This document shows positions 57,150 to 64,000 of a stretch of DNA of 64,000 nt, piece after piece. The position numbers and the translations under genes are program-made. The stretch is from Octopus sinensis (taxonomy: Eukaryota), in contig NC_042997.1 in the NCBI RefSeq assembly GCF_006345805.1, positions 59,954,001 to 60,018,000 of the forward strand. The letters run 5' to 3'. The first letter of the stretch is position 1. Every line of letters starts with the position of its first letter. The notes beneath the pieces were generated by a model. It was not told where the DNA came from. It was given only the letters and a program-made list of their open reading frames with translations, and ran no database searches.

Positions 57150-57480
57150 GATGTATATATAAAAGCAATTAAGATTCAAGTGAGTTCTGTTGAATTCACA
57201 TGAATGAGGACTTAACTTAGATGCACCAGGGATCTATATGGTATCAACCATAAGATAATGCGGAGTGATTATAAACAAGAAAAAAGCAACAAAAATGGAT
57301 CAATATTTCGGTACAATTGTTTCGTACGAAGACCACCTTTATTAAGGCTGCAAATATTGCAGCAAATACACGTGACCCGTACTCATCAGCCGAAAAAACT
57401 TCTGAGTTCTCAAAACATCTAAGAGGGTGAGGCTACACTCATGAAACATTCGGGATAGTTCTATAAAAATCAGATTTAGA
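57150..57480 (-). mobile_element. ~330-bp non-coding HHR-bearing unit embedded between (TA)n tracts (retrozyme/PLE-LTR-like)
   Basis: Unique sequence bounded by (TA)n on both sides. It contains the HHR at 57306-57395 and has no credible ORF. Confidence 0.55.
57306..57395 (-). ncRNA. Type I hammerhead ribozyme with intact core
   Basis: Minus strand: tttcgg-CTGATGA-gtacg...cgtac-GAAAC-aatt-GTA-ccgaaa. 6-bp helix I, G-C-closed 5-bp helix II with branched extension, palindromic helix III (ACAATTGT), GUA cleavage triplet. Confidence 0.8.
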
Positions 57481-57727
57481 TGTATATATATATATATGTA
57501 TATATATATAGTATATATATATATAATATATATATATATTATATAAAAGGGCTTAGTAAAATAAATTACTTTGCCGCATACTGAACTCATTAGAAATAGT
57601 AGCTAAAAAAACTTTTTAAAAACTATTTCTAATACTTAAAGAAAACCTCTCTCATATAGTGTTTGCTCAATTCAACTCACGAAAGTATGGGGGTAAAGAC
57701 ATTAAAAAATCAAATGCAAAGGTTATT

Positions 57728-57779
57728 TGAGAACGTACGTTTCAAGATTAGTCAACTCGACATTTCTATCATCAGCTCA
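57728..57779 (-). ncRNA. Type I hammerhead motif, array copy 1
   Basis: tgag-CTGATGA-tagaaatgtcgagttgactaatctt-GAAAC-gtac-GTT-ctca. Palindromic helix III (ACGTACGT), GUU triplet. Confidence 0.6.
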
Positions 57780-58288
57780 GAACTCCTTGGTTTGGATTTG
57801 AAAACACTGAAAGTGGGAGCATACCCTTTCGGCTTCTTATCGCTTCTGAAGATCTGCTCGAAACTAACAGTGCCAGCAAACTCAAATATGCAAGCGAAGA
57901 ATTTCTGCTCTCCCCTTTCCACCAGCGTGGATTAAAATCAGTAAACACTATGCTTTTTTCGGTAAAATCCGAGGCATTAAATAGAGAGAGATGAATTATA
58001 ATTTCAACAATTGAGGGTAAAATTAATTAATTATTAATCAATTTCACCAAGTATTCAGTATGCAAAGGGACCATTTAAGGCGAATTCAAATTATTACATT
58101 ATATAAAAGGGCTTAGTAAAATAAATTACTTTGCCGCATACTGAACTCATTAGAAATAGTAGCTAAAAAAACTTTTTTAAAAACTATTTCTAATACTTAA
58201 AGAAAACCTCTCTCATATAGTGTTTGCTCAATTCAACTCACGAAAGTATGGGGGTAAAGACATTAAAAAATCAAATGCAAAGGTTATT

Positions 58289-58340
58289 TGAGAACGTACG
58301 TTTCAAGATTAGTCAACTCGACATTTCTATCATCAGCTCA
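58289..58340 (-). ncRNA. Type I hammerhead motif, array copy 2
   Basis: Identical to copy 1, 561 bp away. Confidence 0.6.
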
Positions 58341-59262
58341 GAACTCCTTGGTTTGGATTTGAAAACACTGAAAGTGGGAGCATACCCTTTCGGCTTCTTA
58401 TCGCTTCTGAAGATCTGCTCGAAACTAACAGTGCCAGCAAACTCAAATATGCAAGCGAAGAATTTCTGCTCTCCCCTTTCCACCAGCGTGGGTTAAAATC
58501 AGTAAACACTATGCTTTTTTCGGTAAAATCCGAGGCATTAAATAGAGAGATGAATTATAATTTCAACAATTGAGGGTAAAATTAATTAATTATTAATCAA
58601 TTTCACCAAGTATTCAGTATGCAAAGGGACCATTTAAGGCGAATTCAAATTATTACATTATATAAAAGGGCTTAGTAAAATAAATTACTTTGCCGCATAC
58701 TGAACTCATTAGAAATAGTAGCTAAAAAAACTTTTTTAAAACTATTTCTAATATTTTTTAATGTCTTTAATGTCTTTAATGTCTTTACCCCCATACTTTC
58801 GTGAGTTGAATTGAGCAAACACTATATGAGAGAGGTTTTCTTTAAGTATTAGAAATAGTTTTTAAAAAAGTTTTTTTAGCTACTATTTCTAATGAGTTCA
58901 GTATGCGGCAAAGTAATTTATTTTACTAAGCCCTTTTATATAATGTAATAATTTGAATTCGCCTTAAATGGTCCCTTTGCATACTGAATACTTGGTGAAA
59001 TTGATTAATAATTAATTAATTTTACCCTTAATTGTTGAAATTATAATTCATCTCTCTCTATTTAATGCCTCGGATTTTACCGAAAAAAGCATAGTGCTTA
59101 CTGATTTTAATCCACGCTGGTGGAAAGGGGAGAGCAGAAATTCTTCGCTTGCATATTTGAGTTTGCTGGCACTGTTAGTTTCGAGCAGATCTTCAGAAGC
59201 GATAAGAAGCCGAAAGGGTATGCTCCCACTTTCAGTGTTTTCAAATCCAAACCAAGGAGTTC

Positions 59263-59314
59263 TGAGCTGATGATAGAAATGTCGAGTTGACTAATCTCGA
59301 AACGTACGTTCTCA
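59263..59314 (+). ncRNA. Type I hammerhead motif, inverted array copy
   Basis: tgag-CTGATGA-tagaaatgtcgagttgactaatctc-GAAAC-gtac-GTT-ctca. Confidence 0.6.
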
Positions 59315-59601
59315 AATAACCTTTGCATTTGATTTTTTAATGTCTTTACCCCCATACTTTCGTGAGTTGAATTGAGCAAACACTATATGAGAGAGGTTTT
59401 CTTTAAGTATTAGAAATAGTTTTTAAAAAGTTTTTTTAGCTACTATTTCTAATGAGTTCAGTATGCGGCAAAGTAATTTATTTTACTAAGCCCTTTTATA
59501 TAATGTAATAATTTGAATTCGCCTTAAATGGTCCCTTTGCATACTGAATACTTGGTGAAATTGATTAATAATTAATTAATTTTACCCTCAATTGTTGAAA
59601 T

Positions 59602-59677
<76 letters not shown>

Positions 59678-59954
59678 ATATATATGTATATATATATATG
59701 TGTGTGTGTGTATGCTTGTATATTTTTTCAATGTGCACGAATAACAAGGAAAAAATAAATAAATGGTTACCAGGATAGCTAAAAAGTTCACATAAATGTC
59801 AAAGGTATTACACCCTACTTATAAAGGTAGGAATTCCTGGGTTAAGTGAAATGTTTCTTAATACATGGATAAATTAAGAAATTGAGTCAAATGCATGTGT
59901 AATTGTGAATTACACCTGCGTTTGACTCCATTTCTTAATTTATATATATACATT

Positions 59955-60127
59955 CTTTTACTTGTTTCAGTCATTTGACTGCGGCCATGCCGGAGCACCG
60001 CCTTTAGTCAAGCAAATCGTCCCCAGGACTTATTCTATCGGCTCCTTTGCCGAACCGCTAGATTACGGGGACGTAAACACACCAGCATTGGTTGTCAAGT
60101 GATGTTGGGGGACACATACAAATACAA

Positions 60128-60140
<13 letters not shown>
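59955..60140 (-). mobile_element. SINE family A tail
   Basis: ttttacttgtttcagtcatttgactgcggccatgccggagcaccgcc...ccgaaccgctagattacggggacgtaaacacacc. Confidence 0.8.
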
Positions 60141-60163
<23 letters not shown>

Positions 60164-60291
60164 GGATCTTTACCTTTTGACCTACAGATCTTTACCTGTT
60201 GACCTAAACAACTATCGGCGGTGTATTTTTCGTTTGTCACTGTTATTAATGACATCGTTCGTGCGTTTGTACTGGTTTTAGTTTTAAAGTG

Positions 60292-60446
60292 TTAGGGTTA
60301 GGGTTTTAGGGTTAGGGTTTTAGGGTCAGGGTTTTAGGGTTAGGGTTTTAGGGTTAGGGTTTTAGGGTTAGGGTTTTAGGGTTAGGGTTTTAGGGTTAGG
60401 GTTTTAGGGTTAGGGTTAGGGTTAAGGTTTTAGAGTTAGTGTTAGG
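60292..60446 (+). repeat. Interstitial telomere-like tract, alternating TTAGGG/TTTTAGGG (14-bp compound unit x8)
   Basis: Read directly from the sequence. Flanked by 31-bp inverted repeats at 60216-60246 and 60457-60487. Confidence 0.93.
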
Positions 60447-61200
60447 TTTGTCGTAGATAACAGTGACAAACGAAAAATATATCGCTGGAAGTTCTTGTTG
60501 ACAAACAACGGCAGTAATTTTATTCAGCTCAATACACGTCATTGATTGGTTGAAATTACCGAAATAGGGCTACTTTAACGTGAAATAACTTCGTAAATAC
60601 AAGTGTTTCTCAAAAATTCTAACACTAAAAGATGTTTTATATGACACATTCTACCAGTGCCGAAGTTTGAAAGTGTTTAGTTACAAAAAATTATTTATGT
60701 AAAAATACACTTTTTAACATATGTTAAGGCGCATGGCTTACTGGTTAGGGTGTTGCACTCACGATTCCCATTGCAAGTAATGTCGATTTGATGGAGAGAG
60801 TGAGCTTATGTGGAGGGAGGGAGCTTATTCCTTGTTGCTGCCACGGTTTTCGTCTCATTTCATTGCTCTGCTCGCATTTCGCACATGTCAATGTGACTGC
60901 ATTTTTGTTCCTAAAGTGTTTATCTCGAACAAACAGTGCTCCTCAGTAGCATTGCCAGCTCAGGGATTTTGGTAGTTGTCCATGGGTCCCGGCACGAAAC
61001 TCCTCCAGAACAGACTGGTAAGTTGACCGTTACTATAAATGAATCATCTGTGAGGTTGTTCGGCAAGAAATTTAATTCTTTATTTGCCACAAAGGGCTAT
61101 ACATAGAGGGACAATACAGGACAGACAAGAGGGGTCGTGACGACAAGGTGAAATGTTCGAATAGATATAACAAAAGTAAATAAGTTAGTGGTTAAAAACA

Positions 61201-62454
61201 TTAGATCATCAAATATGAAATTCGTAGAAAAGAAAAAAAATTGTTAATGTTTTATGAATACAAGGAATAGTTTTATTCATCAAAGTATGCACCCATATTG
61301 TCAATACACTTTTGCCATTTCAGTGTAAAATCCTGGCAATCCAGGGTCAATAAAATCTTGGAAGGCCTGTTTTACAGCATCGTCGGAACTACATTTTTTT
61401 TCCTGTCAAAAAGTTATCCAAATTCTGGAAGAAGTGGTAGTCAGTGGGGGCAAGATCAGGTGAGTATGGTGAATGATGGAGAACTTCCAACTCCAACTCA
61501 TGTAGTTTCGTCAATGTCATTTTTGCGATGTGTGGTCTGGCGTTGTCTTGCAATAAAATAGGAGTGGATCTGTTGACTAATCTAAGCTGTTTTTTCTAAG
61601 TGTCTGCATCATTTGGTGGCTGCAGTATACTTTGGCTGTGATTGATGAGCGAGGTTTAATGAAATCATAATGGATAACACCTACGCCAGACCACCAAACA
61701 CACACCACCAGCTTCTTTTGATGAATTTTGATTTTTGGACTGTGTTTTGGTGGCTCGTCCTTGTTCAACCATTGTGCTGAACGTTTACGGTTGTTGTATT
61801 GGATTCATTTCTCATCGCATGTTACAATTCGATTCAAAAATGATTCATTTTTGTAACGAGAAAGTAGCATAATGCAGGCTTCTAAACGTTGCTGTTTCTG
61901 ATTTTCATTGAGTTCATGTTGAACCCGCTTATCCAACTTTTTCACTTTACCTATTTGAACTAGGTAAGTCAATATTGTTTGCTTGCTAACACCAAACAAC
62001 AACGATAATTCACGGGTACTTTGAGATGGATGTGACTCGACGGTGGCTTTCAGTTCATCATTATCCACTTTTGTTTCTGGTCGAGCGCGTTGCTCATTTC
62101 TGAAGTCTAAGTTACCAGAACGAAATTTTGCGAACCAATTTGATGCTGTCTTCTCTGTTATAACATTAGAATGAAATACTCCATTAATATTCCGAGCTGT
62201 CTGTGTTGCTATATTTCCAAGAAAGAACTCATTTCAAAACTGTACAAATTTCCAACTTATCCACCTCTAAACAAAAAGAGCAAAAAGCGATTTATAAATA
62301 CTTTATAAAGCGCAAAATGAGTTAGAATAAAGAAATAGATGTATCAGCTTTCTAACAAAAAATAAATATTGTCAAAATATAATAATGGCGCAAAATGAGC
62401 AGCTGTCAAAGTTTGTCATATACCTTACCACAAATTTCATACTTGACGACCTAA
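61201..62454 (-). mobile_element. Full-length but inactive mariner (DD34D) transposon, ~1.25 kb
   Basis: TIRs ttagatcatcaaatatgaaattcgt / reverse complement ttaggtcgtcaagtatgaaatttgt (21/25). Transposase motifs: WFAKFRSG..VDNDELKA..IVTCDEK..KKLVVCVWW..QDNARPH..HSPYSPDLAPTDYHFF, with 34 residues between D2 and D3. Stops and frameshifts present. Confidence 0.92.
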
Positions 62455-62469
62455 TATAATGAATATAAC

Positions 62470-62720
62470 GGGATGGGGAAATAAAAAGTAGTGCAGGGCG
62501 TAGAGACCCCACAAATCACGCTCCAACACTGCTCTCGCAAAGGAGATCCAGGGGTTTGCGCTCAAGCCGGCCACACTCATGCTTAACAGGCGCGCCACTT
62601 GCATCCATCTGGTTACAAACACGCACGATGGCAGCAACTCTCTCCAGCTTTAGTTTTCGTTTTAAATGTTGAATGTAGTATTGGGTTAAACCAATGCCCT
62701 TCAAAGCGGAACTGCACTCA
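62470..62720 (-). pseudogene. Possible L1/Tx1-like LINE 3' fragment
   Basis: LKGIGLTQYYIQHLKRKLKLERV..VRV resembles Tx1-type C-termini. Weak similarity judged by eye. Confidence 0.3.
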
Positions 62721-62803
62721 TATGTCAGCAGCCCAGCGACTGTGAAACAAGTAAAAGATAGAAGATGGAACAATTTTAATATAGAATTAACTTTAATATA
62801 AAA

Positions 62804-63012
62804 TGAGCTGGCAGAATTGTTAACACGTTGGATAAAATGGTTAGCGGCGTTTCGTCTGTCTTTATATTCAGAGTTCTACTTCAGCCGAGGTCAACTTTGC
62901 CTTTCATCCTCTCGGGGTCGATAACATAAGTCCCAGTTACGCACTGGGGTCGATGTAAAAAAAACTTACTTCCTCCCCCGAAATTACTGGCCTTGTGCCA
63001 AAATTTGAAACC
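62804..63012 (+). mobile_element. SINE family B
   Basis: gagctggcagaattgttaacacg...gaggtcaactttgcctttcatcctctcggggtcgataacataagtcccagttacgcactggggtcg. Confidence 0.82.
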
Positions 63013-63143
63013 AATATAAAATATAAATCGTATCTCCACCCGAAAATTAATTAAAAACAAATTAACCAACTTTATAGTTCATAGAGGATAATCAATGAGT
63101 ATATAATTATACTCCGTGAATGTGTAAATGTAAATAAATGTAA

Positions 63144-63182
<39 letters not shown>

Positions 63183-63599
63183 GTGTGTGTGTGTGTATGT
63201 GTGTGTGTAAAGCCTATGCTGTTGCTTGTAGCAAATCTGAAAAAAAACTTACAATGAAATCTTTTGAATTGTCAAAACACAAAGAGTTGGTATTTCACTC
63301 GAGGCTGTGACTATTGACTTTGAAATGGCTACATTTAATTCGTTTGCAAAACATTTCCCCAGCAGCAGATATTTTAAATTCTTTCAAATCGAGTGGTGTT
63401 TTTGTTAAAATTCAGACTATAATACTACAGAGGTTAATACACTAAAAACCTACAGCATGATTTTCATTAAAACTGTTTCAAGGCTTTGCATTTGCGCCTC
63501 CAATTGAGATCCATGAAGATTAACTAAGCATTTTTCCAGCGTGCTAACGATTCTACCAGCTTGCCATCTTGGTATTTCTATATACTTATTTCAAATTTT

Positions 63600-63982
63600 A
63601 TAACAAGGCCAGTAATTTCGGAGGATGGGTTAAGTCGATTAAATCGTCCCCAGTAATCAACTGGTACTTATTTTATTGACCCAGAAAGCGTGAAAGTCAA
63701 AGCCGACCTCAGCGGAATTTGAACTCAGGATGTAAAAACGGACGAAATATCGTTAAGTATTTTACTCGGCATGCTAACGATTCTGCCAGTACGCCGCCTT
63801 AAATGTTGGCTCAGTGCCAGCAAGTTACATCGATATCAGTACTCAACTGGTAATTATTTTATCAACACTGAAAAGATGAAAATCAAAGTCGACCTCAGCA
63901 GTATTTGAATTCTGGGCGTAAAATCGGACGAAATGCCGCTAAGCGTTTTCTCCGGCGTGCTAACGACTCTGCCAGCTCGCTG
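63600..63982 (-). mobile_element. Two tandem SINE family B copies
   Basis: Both 63600-63802 and 63825-63982 end in gctaacga(t/c)tctgccag..cgc on the + strand and carry the gtcaaagccgacctcagcggaatttgaac / aaagtcgacctcagcagtatttgaa block. Confidence 0.8.
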
Positions 63983-64000
63983 CTTTCAAATGTCAACGTA

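Larger units (their letters stand above)
57540..59605. repeat. ~560-bp unit array: ~2.2 direct copies followed by ~1.5 inverted copies, ~99% identical
   Basis: Unit starts (atataaaagggcttag) at 57541, 58101 and 58660. The inversion junction at 58753/58754 carries a triplicated atgtcttta. The inverted block spans 58754-59605, with (TA)n on both outer ends. Confidence 0.95.

Noticed and set aside
57844-57875. CTGAAGA-tctgctc-GAAAC motif on the strand opposite the array hammerhead
   Set aside because: No helix I, no helix II pairing, and the would-be cleavage triplet is GUG.
57663-59379. Three near-identical 90-aa ORFs (MLNSTHESMGVK...)
   Set aside because: They start at TTG, lie antisense to the hammerhead, have no recognisable motif, and recur only because the 560-bp unit is duplicated.
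57540-59605. Regularly spaced repeats considered as a CRISPR array
   Set aside because: The whole 560-bp units repeat with no unique spacers, the context is eukaryotic, and there are no cas genes.

Overview
AT-rich, microsatellite-saturated eukaryotic genomic DNA. It is most consistent with a coleoid cephalopod (octopus-like), inferred from its two abundant tRNA-derived SINE families and the (TA)n/(TACA)n/(TATC)n landscape. Almost all ORFs in the supplied track are microsatellite read-throughs. The only credible host coding sequence is one minus-strand first exon (52735-52583) encoding a signal peptide plus the start of a probable CAP/SCP domain; I could not find its later exons. The rest is decayed transposable elements: SINEs, LINE RT fragments, an RTE 3' end, Penelope-like (PLE) GIY-YIG fragments and four Tc1/mariner-superfamily relics. 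The most interesting signal is a set of type I hammerhead ribozyme (HHR) motifs from several unrelated non-coding repeat units. These are an intact-looking HHR at 57306-57395(-), a ~99% identical ~560-bp HHR-bearing unit arranged as tandem plus inverted copies (57540-59605), a minimal 41-nt HHR inside a diverged ~339-bp tandem dimer (14960-15000), and degenerate copies elsewhere. This resembles a PLE/retrozyme-type system. Also present are a telomere-like (TTAGGG-TTTTAGGG)n tract bracketed by 31-bp inverted repeats and several near-perfect fold-back palindromes. All calls were made by eye, and repeat boundaries are approximate.
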